Part shown: positions 52,030-64,000 of the stretch, in pieces
Layout of the letters: every line of letters starts with the position of its first letter
Numbering within the stretch: the stretch's first letter is position 1
Translations under genes and position numbers: made by a program
Notes under the pieces: model-generated
Seen by the model: only the letters and a program-made list of their open reading frames with translations
The model's database searches: none
What the model was told of the DNA's origin: nothing
DNA from: Lama glama
Taxonomy: Eukaryota
NCBI GenBank assembly: GCA_028534125.1
Contig: CM052817.1
Span: forward strand, 86,058,001 to 86,122,000
Length of the DNA: 64,000 nucleotides
Direction of reading: 5' to 3'

Positions 52030-52346
52030 ATTCAAATTTTTAAATTGATGTCCTAATCCCCAGTAACTCAGATGTGACTTATCTGGAGACAGGTTCTTTA
52101 AGAAGTGATTAAATTAAATGAGGTTATTAGAGTGCTCACTAATCCAACATGACTGGTATCACCATAGGAAGAGGAGATTAAGACACAGATATATGCACAG
52201 AGGTAAGACCATGTGAAGACACAGAGATAAGACAGCCATCATCAAGCCAAGGACAGAAGCCTCCAGAACTGTGAGAAGATACTTTTTTGTTGTTTAAGCC
52301 ATCTTTATTTCATACTTTGTTATGGTATCTCTAGCAAACTAACACA
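52030..52346 (+). mobile_element. MLT1B-like MaLR LTR
   Basis: gtcctaatccccagtaactcagatgtgactta...agaccatgtgaagacacag...gcctccagaactgtgaga...ctagcaaactaacaca. Confidence 0.85.
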
Positions 52347-53770
52347 ACTACTTTAAAATTCTTCTCGGCTTAATTTAATTCTAATCCTTTATGTACCAAA
52401 ACAAAATATCCAAATTTAAAAAGCACTTGTGTCGTATTTACTCTTGATAAATGACTGACTACATTTTCCAAGCCAAAATAAATTATCTTGAAATAGACCA
52501 GGCCAATGTATGATTTGTTTATCAGCTCACCTCGGTCACCCAAAGAATCTTATTTCCCATCCAAGGCACAGTGAATCGGAATCTGGATTTTAAAAAGACC
52601 TCCAGAGTGATTCACTTTCACATTCTAGTTTGGGAAGCCTTGCTTTAGGCTTGGCTAATATTGACATTCATAGTCCCACAGATTATGAAACACCAAAATC
52701 TAGTTGAATTGTTATAAATATATTTAGTCTATGTTTATAATTAATATTATATGTTACCAGTATCAAGAATTTAGGGGGATTTTTTTGTGATTATAGCTGC
52801 ATGATACTGCAGTGGAGATCATGAGAGCATAGGATCTGCAAACCGTAGAACTTATTCCACAAGGAATCTGCATGATCACATGACTGTGCATGAACTATGG
52901 CTGGGTGGTCAATATAACTATTAGCCAAGCAGAGATTCTTGAAAAAGTGAAAGTAGAATTGTTCAGTACCTGAAAAGGAGATTGTGACAGCAAGTGAAAA
53001 CTGTAATTGTCTGGCGAATCAGAGCCTGTGGACATTGTAACTACGGCCATTGTGAAACAAGTAGGTACCTTCAGATAGATGTGGGCAGAGGGTGTGTTGT
53101 TCAGGAAGGGGATATGAGAAGTTCGAGAGGACTTCTTATTCATATAACTTCATATGGACAAGTTGTTACTCCCTGGTCTTATGCCTGTTTTTTTAATGTC
53201 TAACTTGGCAATAATGAGTCTATGACTTTTGTGAGAAATTTCTACTGTGTCATTGCTACTTTGAAGTACTTCTGTCTTACCCAAAACTCATCATAAAGGT
53301 GGATGGATAGTCACAAATAGCAGATATATTAGTTTTGTATAAATTAATGGAGAATGCTATGGTCTTAAAAATAGATTTCTTGGGAAATAAATGTCTTCAT
53401 GTTCCTATGTGAAGATTAATAGTCCTTTTTCTGTCATTACAAATGGATAGGTTAAACTACTAATAATTAAACTATGTTAGGAAATCAGAATGGTTGACTG
53501 CTCATGAATATGAGAAACAATAAAGTACTGATGACATCAATAGTAATAGAGAGGAAGGTGTCTACTTTTATAGTGTGTGGTTATCTCTGGAACAATTAGC
53601 CCTGTCGATGTGGCTTTGGGATATAACAGTTGCCTACTGAACATCCATTTTTTTCCCATTTCCTTATTAAACCAATTCCAGTTTCATTTAGGTTGACACT
53701 GTACCCAAACGAAAACAAAGCAATCAAACAAACTAAAATACATTTCTCAGCCTCCTTTGTAATTCTAAGT

Positions 53771-53772
<2 letters not shown>

Positions 53773-53815
<43 letters not shown>
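53773..53815. repeat. (AC)21 microsatellite
   Basis: Perfect repeat seen directly. Confidence 0.95.
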
Positions 53816-53816
<1 letters not shown>

Positions 53817-56769
53817 TTGGTCCAAGAAACATCTGAAACAGTTACTAGGAGAAGCTGCTATGAATTTTATAAAGGGAGTCACTCAGCTGGCATATGCCTT
53901 TTCTCTTCCTCCTCATCCTCTTCCTTTCTAACTAGAATTCAGACATAGTTATAACTAATGGAATGTGGGCAGAGGTGAGGACATCACATCTATGTCCAAA
54001 GCTGGAGGTGACAGCTCCAAGACAATGAAGGATCCTGTGTGTCTAGGTCACCCCTTGAATGAAAACTATTCTATGAAGCCTATATTGTACTTTTAATAAA
54101 CAAAACATTTATTTGTACCGTGTTTCAGCCAAGATATATTTTTGATAGTTTACACAGTAGCCAGTGAAACTTCAGGAAATGTGCTAAGAATGGGGCAACA
54201 GAAAGAGGAGCTTTTATCCCTCATGAATTGTAAAGCCATCACACCTTCAAACGAAAAACCCCAAACCCAAAAAACATAGCCTTCTATATTCAAATAACTT
54301 TTTCTGCTCTATGTAGCTCATAGACAAATAGAATTTCTATTTTTATAAAGTCTACACACTCAAAAGAAAGCAAAAAGTTAGCTTACAACCATTAGTTTCT
54401 TTCTATGTATACATCATGGTCTTCACTGATAATAGAAAACTGAAGCAGCTACACCTCTATATATGAATTGACATCAAGGCAAAGTCATTAAAATTCCAGT
54501 TATTTGGATGTATTTCTCTGAGGAAGGAAAATTTAGTGCATATATACTTGACATAATTCTGCATTTTCCCGTTTTCTTATTTATTTCCATGCTCTACTTT
54601 AATTTGAAGGGTTGGAAACAAGGCAGTCCCAATAAAATTTAAATGAATATTTTCATGTATCTGGCAATATTTCTTCTTTTAAAAAAAAATAGACAATCCT
54701 AGGTCAGAAGCAGTAAAAGGAAGGGTACTTTTGCCCACATGTGGAAGTGATGTTTCAGTGTACCATTATCTAGCTTCCCCTCTCCACCTGACTTATAAGA
54801 AAAACCTGATTTATTTGATCAAGAAGCACAATGTTTGGGTAACTACTTACTTGTTTTTCTGTGTGTTAGTTTTGGGGGTGATGACTTTGAAACAACCCAA
54901 AATGCAAATATCTCTTAGCTTCCTCTCTACCCATAATCTTTTCTTGCGTACAGAAGTAAGTTATTGGAGTGTTAAAAATGCTGTCGATGGATATCTCAAT
55001 AAAATTAAAACTAACATAAAAGTAGACCAAGTGGTAAAAGGAATATTGACTTTCTCTTTATTGCACATTTAACAATATAAAAGATAGTAAAATATAATTT
55101 TATGTTAGATAATAGTAAGAATGTGTTCTACAACACCGTGTATTTATGACATGCTTTCCAGTCCTCTGTTTAACGTCTGCATATGAGAACTAATGATGCA
55201 TTTTCTTCGTTATTTGTGTATTTCTTAGTGAAAGTGACTTTTATTCATCATTGAACTATTAGCAATTTTCTTTTGCCAAATTTTTACTTGTAACCAAGCA
55301 CATATACACACATAATGCATTGTGATCACTAAATAAAAAGCTGAGATGAAATCAGGGTCAGAAATGGTCACATATGTTAATAAAGGCTATGTTTAGATGT
55401 ACAGATAAAGGTCAAACTGATGAGGTTATCCACAGCTTTAAAGAAGGATATAGTTTATTATGATTTTATTTAAACTTTTTTAAGACTTAACTTCTGATAA
55501 TTCATTTTTTATATGTGGTTTTCTTTTAGATATGACTTTGAGGTATTTTCTTCATGGTTGAAGGGGAAAATCATACTTTTCCATAATTTCTTGATTGTTT
55601 CATTTTTCTCCAGTTAAACTGCACCATATATATATGAAGCATTATTATTGCAGTGAAACACATTTTCAACATTTAATATGGAAAAATATTCTTAGTTAAA
55701 TATCAGTTAGCTCTTCCTAGAAATTATTGATCTCTCTTTTAACCTTGTCAAAGCAATTTGGGCTTGGGATGAGGAAATAGGCTTATAAAACAGAGATGTT
55801 GATAGCACCATAAAGTCTATATAGCGCATATTCTCAAATTAGAAGGGTGTTTTAAGAATGATTGCCCTAGGCTTATAATAAATACGATTAGTGGTACCAT
55901 TATAAAGGAAAAAACTAATCTTTTATTTTATATGTGTGCAATTTGGTTCTATTACTCACACTACTTGCTATATATCTTGTGTCATAATCCAAATAGCTTT
56001 AGTTTTAAGCAATTGAAAATATTAGCATTTTATATATTGTTTTCCTGTTTGTCAATTTTGTTTTAGTAATAGGCTATATTTCTTAGGAGTGAGGTCCAGT
56101 TTTAAATTAAATACACACATAAACATTTGTCTTTCGATAGCTAGCCAAGTGACTTTAATATGAGGCCATGCTTTAGAAATAGCTCATTACCCAGTGACTT
56201 CTCAGCAGCTTCTAGAAATCGCTGTCAGGCAGTTTAATACTCCTGGAGTATCAATGTCTGGCGCTTCCTCAAGTATTGGTTAAGGAATCCCTGACATACT
56301 AAGTTTAAACCACGTGCTTTCTCCCCTTTATTACACAAATTCAGAAACTATTTTTAAGAAATTTCTTAAAATTAATTTTTCTCAAAATGTGATTATTAAC
56401 TTACACTTGATTAAAGCTGTGAATAAGGTGAAAGATAATTCCATTTAACTCTGAAACTAAATTTAGAGACTGTATAAATTGAAAGTCGTTTTAGAGTCGA
56501 TAACCTGTACTCCCGTAAGAAAGAAATTTACTAACTAGACTACCATGTTTACATACAATTCTTTTCTCTTTAACATTAGAGTTTCCAATTAAAAAAAAAA
56601 ATACTGTTTGCTAAAGTACTTAAGTCAGCTCTTTTAAGTCACCTTTCTAGGAGAGCTTGAATTCTCTGTCTATAAATCTATCTGTATCTGTCATCTATCA
56701 ATCATCTATCTATTCATCCATCTATCATCATCCATCATCTTTTTATCATATAGATAAACTCATCTGCTA

Positions 56770-58810
56770 CAGTCTGCATTTGATCCTTTTGAGACTGCAT
56801 TTATATACTTGAGCATGTGTGTGTGTGTGTCTATTTATGAAAGATATTGGTCTACAGTTTTGTCCTTGAAATATCTGTGTATGTTTTTAGTATTAGGGTA
56901 ATGCTGGCATCATAGAATGTGTTAGAATGTGTTCTACTTTTGTCTATTTTCTGAAATAGATTGTAAAGGATTCACATTCTCTCCTTAAGAATGTATTAGA
57001 ATTTATTAGTGAAAATTTCTGGCCCTCGTGTTTTCTTTTTTGGAAAGTTTGGTAGTTTGGGTCTTTCAAGGAATTGGTACGTTTCATTTAGGTGCCAAAT
57101 ATATTGCCATAGGTTTTTCTTTATATATAAGTAACTTATTAGCAGTATTGATGTTCTTTCACTCCATATTGGCAATTTTTTATTCTGTCTCTTTCTGTTT
57201 CTTTTTTGGTCAGCATCACTAGAGATTTATCAATTATACTGATATTTTCAAAAGAGCTATCTTTTGCTTTTTGTTGTTTTTTCTAATTTTATTGATTTTA
57301 CTCTAATTTTTTATTATCATTTCCTTTTTCAACTTGTTTTGTATTTCTTTGCTTTCCTTTCTCTATTTTCTTATGGTGGACATTTACATTACTTGATTTT
57401 AGACCTTGCTTTTCTAATGCGAGCCTTTAAAGATATAAATTTCCATCTAAGCACTGCTTTAGCTACAAGTACATATAATATATTTCATTTTCACTTTCAT
57501 TCACTTTCACATACATACACACATCACATTTCATTTATCCATTCATTCATCAGTGAACATTTAGGTTGTTTCCATATCTTGGCTATTGTAAGTAAAGTTA
57601 CAATGAACATGGAGGTGCATATATCTTTTAGAATTAGAGGTATCTTCTAGTGTTTTCCAGATTTCTTTGGTTTTGATCTCTAGTATAACTCTTCTATCAT
57701 TCAAGGGCATACTTCATATAATTTTTTTTTATTTGTTAAGAGTTATTTTATGGTATAAGATATGATCTACTATGGTTATTGTTTCTTGTAGATTTGAGAA
57801 GAATATGTATTCTGCTGTTGGATGAAGTGTTTTACATATACTAATTGGACCAAGTTGTCTGATAGTGCTGTTCAATTCATTTATAACATCAGTGATATTC
57901 TACCTTCTAATCCTATCAACTACTGAGAGAAAATTATTGATATTTCCAACTACAGTTCCGGAATTTTCTTTTCTTTTCTCCAAATGTGCCTATCTTTCTT
58001 GTCCTAGAGTATTTTGAAACTATGGTGTTGTGGGAATGAACATTTGCAATCATAATAACTTCTTGTAGAATTGACCCTATATTACTATTTAATTTCTTTC
58101 TTAATTATTTTCCTTACAGTTAGTGTTTGTATGTTACATACTTCGCCATTCCTTTACTTTTAATCTATCTATGCTTACATTTAAAAGGAGATGCTTGCAG
58201 TCAGCATTAGGTTAGATTGCTTTTCTTTTTTTTTAACCCAATTTGGCAGTCTGTGTCTTCATTCACCTAGTGAGTTTAGATCATTTCCATTTAAAATGAT
58301 TATTTCTATATTTGTATTAAAAGCTATCACCTACCTTGCTGTTTTATGCTTCCTCTATTTTTTATTTCATTTTTTTCTTTCTCTGAATTCAATTGTACAT
58401 TTTTATAATTCTATTTTATCTCCTCTATTGCTTATTGTATAGTGGCTTTCCTAGACTTTACAAAGTCCATTTTAAAATAATATACCTGCCTTCAAGAAAT
58501 ATTTAACTGTTTCATATGTAGTGTATGCTGCATTCCTCCCTCCCATTCTTATAGTCTTTATCATTCACTTCACCTTTATTCATGCTTTAAATAGTAATTA
58601 AGTGTAAAAGAGCAACTAAGAATAAAAATACAATGGTTAAGGTACTATAAATTATTCTATTTCTGATGTTCTTTATTTTTTTGTGCGTAGAATCAAGTCT
58701 CTGAATATATAAATTTTCTTCTACAGAAAGAACTTTAACATTCCTTGCAGAGTAGATCTGCTAAACATTAATTTCTTCAATTTTTATATGTCCTAGAATG
58801 CCATCATTTC
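56770..58810 (-). mobile_element. Old LINE-1 ORF2/inter-ORF remnant (L1MC/L1MD-like)
   Basis: gatattggtctacagtttt, tattagggtaatgctggcatcatagaatg, tataaatttccatctaagcactgctttagct, gagaagaatatgtattctgctgttgg. Confidence 0.75.
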
Positions 58811-59100
58811 TTTTTCACAAAATGTTTTATTGAGTTATAATTCAATACCACTCACTTACTCTTTTAAAGTGTACAAAAATGATTTTCATTATATCCACAT
58901 AGTTATACAATCATCATGTTAGTTTACTTTTAGAACATTTTTGTCACCCCAGAATGAAACTCTGTGTCCATTAACAGTCATTCCCTATTCCCCAACTTCT
59001 CAAGCCCTAGGCAAACACTAATCTACTTTCAGTCTCTATTAATTTTCCTATTCTGAATATTTCATACAAACAGACTCATACATTACGTGTTTTTTGTAAC
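58810..59100 (-). mobile_element. L1MB-like 3' UTR fragment
   Basis: ttttattgagttataattca...tttaaagtgtaca...tttagaacatttttgtcacccc...gccctaggcaaacactaatctactttc. Confidence 0.8.
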
Positions 59101-59159
59101 TGTACTGTGTTGTAATATATGGATATATATATATATAGTATTATGATTTTATATATATA

Positions 59160-59710
59160 TAATCATAAACTAGAGACTTAAAAGAACACAATCTTTTTGT
59201 TTTACAGTTTCTATTGATCATTGCTCCAGGTGCAGTTTAACTAGGTTCTGTGCTCACCGTCTCACCAAGCTATAATCAAGATATTGTACAGGCTGCATTC
59301 TCATCTTCAGGTTTGTTTAAGAAAGTGTCCACTTTCCATCTCCTTTAGATTCTTTGCAGAATTAATTACGTTGTGGCTACAGAATGCATATCAATTTGCT
59401 TACCTGAAGCCACTAATGGAGAAACAGAGGGAGTCAACTGCTTGAGGTCTCTTGCCTCTGACCCTCTTTTATAAATCTCACTTAATTAGGACAGACCACC
59501 CTAGATAATGCTCCTTTTTATTAGCATGAAGTCAACTGAATAGGGACAATAATTTACGACTGGAAAAATCTCTTCAATTTACAATATTCTCCTATTGGTT
59601 AGATCAAAGTTACAGGCCCTGCCCACAATCAAGCAATAGTTATTACACAAAGATATGGACACCAGGAGACAAGAAACATGGAGGCCATCTTAGAATTCTG
59701 ACTGCCATAT
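59160..59710 (-). mobile_element. MLT1E/F-like MaLR LTR
   Basis: aagtcaactgaataggga...caggccctgcccaca...ggaggccatcttagaattctg. Confidence 0.75.
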
Positions 59711-62700
59711 GCATCTAAATTTAGATGTAAATATTCTAAGATACACTTTCTTGTTTAACTTACATTTTGCCCAGCTGCACTCATCAGGCCAGAAGTGTGG
59801 ACTCAGTCAAAGTGCTCCTTTTATTAATATATCTCTTTACAGGACCTCATTACAAATTTTTCTCTGAAACAAATGTTAAATATGCGTATCCCTCTTAACA
59901 CCAATAAACAAATCAATAAATGAAGCTTGAATATGTATATTATAACTTTTACTGATACAAAGATTATTTAGCACATAATTTCCAAATAATAATAAAATAT
60001 ACTTACAATATGCTTTATTGTAAATCTCATATAGCTAATTGATACTCACAGAAATATTTTGATATTTTTGCTTAGGTTAATAAGTGAGATAACACGGAAA
60101 CAATTAAGGCATTTGCTGGATTTTCCTCACTTATCAGTGATATCAGTGCTTCTTTGTCAAATTGAATTATCATTTTTTTAATATGACAATAACATTGTCT
60201 CTCTCACTCTTCCCTTTTTCACTTTTTTTCTATTCACAAAACAATGGATAGAGCTAAAAGAATCAACAGAATGATAACTCAAATCCTGATCTGCAGCATT
60301 TTCTGATTTCCACAGTGTAGTTACTCCAGCATGGCCTATTTCAAGCTATTAAGGTGTTATCAATGCATGTGGGAGTTAGAAATAGACATACAGTAGCACA
60401 TCAATCTAGAGTATTTCCACTGTACAAATAAAATATATACAAATAATCTCACAAGTATAGATGATACTAAATTATAGCAAAACAGTGTATGTCTTGAATA
60501 ATTGTTACTGTTGTTTTATCTAATTTACTTATTAAATTTTTATAGTTTAATTTCAGTTAAATCTTATGCTTAAAAACTGTTATGTAGATCACTGAAATTT
60601 TAACAATTAATTCTGTTTTTGTTCTTTTTCTACTAGACAAAAACAACAACTCTCAGACTTAGTCACCAATGAAAATAGATGTCTATAACAGATTCTTCCT
60701 TTCCTTCCTTCCTTACCTCCTTCCTTTCTTTTTTTCCTTCTTTCTAGCTCTCCCTCTTGCTCTTTTTTCCTTCCATACTTCTTTTGTGTAATGAACTTCT
60801 CTGTAATATACACATGATCCTTATCCCAATATACTAACAAAATTCTTATTATAAGAATGCTTTTTACTATAATGTTTAAAACTTAAAACCAGAATTATTA
60901 TAAAATGTCTTCATCTTTTATTGTTCATGTATCTTACTTAAGTTTGATGCCAAATATTTTACAAGAATTATGAAAGAATTCTGCCTATTTAACCAACGTC
61001 ACATAGTTTTTACATAAAGTTAACATTTAGAAGAATTTTGCCTGATACTGCATCAAAATAAATTTTCATCAGAATTAACTCAAACATATTCTATCTCTCT
61101 TTTTATTAAATGACTCAGAGCATGTGGCTTAGTTAAACACTGTACTTTGGCTAAATGCATCGTGATTTTTTTATTATTATTATTATTTACCAGTGCAGAG
61201 GGCATCAAATAATCTCAGTTAGAGACTATAAGTGAAATAGAAGAGAAAGGAAAGAGGAGATGAAGAAAAAAGAACATCTGGATTGACCAGCAAGAATATT
61301 TTTAAAATCCAAATTGCTTATTTATATGAGCTTGAAATAAAGGAAAACCTAATATTGGAAACTTCTTAACAAACCTTATTCATGGAAGACATTATTTGCT
61401 GTAATTGTCTTAGGCATGATGGCATGTCAAAATGGAATAGTATCTGATTTGAAGCTGAGTGGGTAAAGTGCAGGATTATTTCACTATTATACTAGTATCC
61501 TGGATAAGTTTATTTTTCTTTTATTTTGGCACAAGAAGACATGAAATGCTAGACACCTTAAATATCACTATATAAAACAGATATATCATTTACTCTATTT
61601 CACCTCTAAAAGAAAATCTAAGATCTTCCTCAGGTTTAAGTGTGCCAAATTGAGTTTTGTAAGAGAGAGAAATTGATTTTAAGAGTCATTCAAATTTTCA
61701 GTATTGCTCACTAGAGAGTAATGGCCTCAATGAAATGTTTAAAACATTTTGAATTCTGCTCTATAACTCTGTGCTTCAAATATAAGCAAACTGAAGCATT
61801 AGACTCATAGAATATCTAAGACAAATTAGATATCAAGTGCATGTACTTGTGTATTAGGACCTTGGAAGGAAGCCTTGGATCTGGCTATATTTTGAATTAT
61901 ATAAATTGATATTAAGTTCTGACATGAGATGGTTTTAATCAGCTCAAAATGCCATCTACACAGATGATCTGATTTTATTAGCACTTGTCTCTTTAAATCT
62001 GATCTATACTAAATATATGGCTTTCTCTTCTGGACTTATACACTATCTTATTACCTGGGAAAGTTTGTCAGTTATTTGAGATTATTTTACCTTACCTTGC
62101 GAACTTTTACATAAAGGTGTCACAAAGCTTCCTTCCCTTTTGTTTCATGTTAGTCAGAACCACTTCCTTTTTATTTGTTTCCATTTCTTGTTATAAGAGA
62201 TATAGTCAAATAAACGTTTCTTTGAATATAGTTATCTTCTTAGCTAGAAAGGATAGCTGGACATTAAGGCATAATTTCCTGCATTTGAACCTTCAAAAAA
62301 GTTTCCAGAAGTCAAGCCACCTAATTTATTCAAACAGGTGTATTGATTTTCTTGCCTGTTGCACACCTAGCTTTGAAAAAAATCAGAAATTTGAATTAAA
62401 AGGAATAGTCCTAATCTTACTTAAACTGCCATGGTTGTGAATATTACATGTCTAGATGATTTATTCTTCTTTGCTTGAAACCTTTAAGGACTGAGGCAAA
62501 TGTGAAGCAGAAAACAAAATGATACGGTATTTCTCATTTCAAAGCAAGGGGAAAGATGCACTTATAGAACGAAAACCTCAGTTGGTTCTGTTAGGAAAAT
62601 AATATGTATTTTTAAAAGATAGACTGCTATTAGGGACTACAATAAAGTACCCTTTGCTATTTATTTACCCAGCATTTTCTAGTGAATTCAGAGAGAGAAT

Positions 62701-63749
62701 CTTCATTATGATCAATCAGGTCAATTACAGGGTTGGGGTAGGGTAAACGATAGTGTTATTTGCAAGATAAACTCTCTTACATCCCTTATACTGATTCAAA
62801 CCTGCACCTGCTTATGCAGCTGCAGGAAAAAAAAAAGTAGCAAAAAGCAGAGTTTTAGAAGTATTATAGTGAATCACAGCAACAGGATGGGGTTAAACAG
62901 AGCAAGATTCTACGTTATGAAGTGCATTATACCTACTAGCTATTTATCTATGTTTGCTTCTGCTCATCTTCCCTCTGCTAGAGATGTATGGAGGATATGT
63001 GATAACAAATACAAAAACAGGTGTTCCATAATATGATAAAATGGAGTCATTACAAAAACTGTGTCCAGAAAAGTATCATAAGCACATCTCCATGCAGATG
63101 AGCAGAACAAATGAGATCACTGAACCAACAGTAATGCATTTCTCAAACTGGTATGATTTCTATGAGACAAAGCTTTTATTCCTGATGAAAGGCACTGGTG
63201 ATCTATTGCTCAAAATATTTCAACTATAACAGCCTTTTAAAATATCAGACATTCACTAAAAGGGAGATTATATATATAGTCTGTGTAAAAAGAATATGTT
63301 GTCACACATAACAAATTATCATTCTTAGTTATTGTCCATAACAGTTCTTGATTGTATTACATTCAAAAGAAAACTCACATGATCGAAAAAAAAATCATTA
63401 AACTTTTTAGAAAGTGTTGCCATCAATTTTGTGATACATGTGATAGGAGATTTTAATTTTTGTATTTTTAGATAAAATATATGTGTGTATACATGTGTGT
63501 GTTTCAGATAAGATATTAAATATGTATGATAAAAGTTAAGTAAGAATGGAACAGTTTTCTAATGATAAAACAGATTTAAATGTATTAATGATCAATTTTC
63601 TTTATCTCAAAAATAAAGCTGATATATAGATACAGCTATCAATATCTATATATACATCTATATCTATTTATCTATATCTATATAACATCTTTAAATATAT
63701 AATATATATAAATATATATATACTTTATACACACACACACACAATACAC

Positions 63750-64000
63750 AGTTCCAAGTAAGAATGAAGAGTAACTGGAATCAAACTTATCTTCTCATCA
63801 TAAACAAATATAAACTGAATGAGAAGCAGTGGTTTTTAGACATTGACAAGAGCACAGGACTATAATCCCTAAGAAAAGGGATAAAAATAAGAGAGGCAGG
63901 AGATTTCTTTAGCTTCTGCTTAGAGGTACTTTCTATGCTGAGGTGTACAGATCAGAACACTAGAGCTTACTGAGTTAAGGAGATAGATATTTAAGATCCA
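63750..64000 (+). mobile_element. Ancient LINE-1 5' end (L1MD/L1M4-like), runs off the window
   Basis: gagtaactggaatcaaacttatc...gtggtttttagacattgac...caggactataatccctaaga resembles old L1 5'-end consensus. Confidence 0.55.

Noticed and set aside
59141..59168. Near-perfect AT-rich palindrome ttatgatt...aatcataa
   Set aside because: Centred on a (TA)n run at a repeat junction; expected from low complexity.
1..64000. CRISPR arrays, operons, tRNA/rRNA genes, processed pseudogenes
   Set aside because: No regularly spaced repeat-spacer structure, structured-RNA signature or mRNA-like retrocopy was recognised. The window is mammalian non-coding DNA.

Overview
Mammalian (not prokaryotic) AT-rich, CpG-poor genomic DNA with one 500-N assembly gap (35276-35775). 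I can support no protein-coding exon, RNA gene or CRISPR array. The longer ORFs in the track come from L1/LTR remnants, the gap or chance. Much of the window is interspersed repeat: young and old LINE-1, MaLR/ERV LTRs, an ERVL/MaLR internal segment, MER20/MER5 hAT elements, MIR and L2. The young L1 3' UTRs, plus no recognisable Alu, B1/B2, Bov-tA/BovB, PRE1, CanSINE or ERE, point to a laurasiatherian, most likely a camelid (inference from recalled consensus, not a search). The best signals are mechanistic footprints visible directly in the sequence. (1) A young L1 on the minus strand with both termini carries a ~96-bp 3' transduction with its own AATAAA, a second poly(A) and a matching TSD. 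(2) A second copy of the same subfamily has a twin-priming 5' inversion and an 11-bp TSD. (3) A ~110-bp piece of old ERVL-like sequence recurs inverted 6.3 kb away at ~92% identity. (4) The L1 5' UTR shows an antisense-promoter/ORF0-like layout. There are also a few weak candidate non-coding exons. I found no evidence of a new multi-gene biological system. Repeat family names are from memory of consensus sequences and boundaries of old repeats are approximate.
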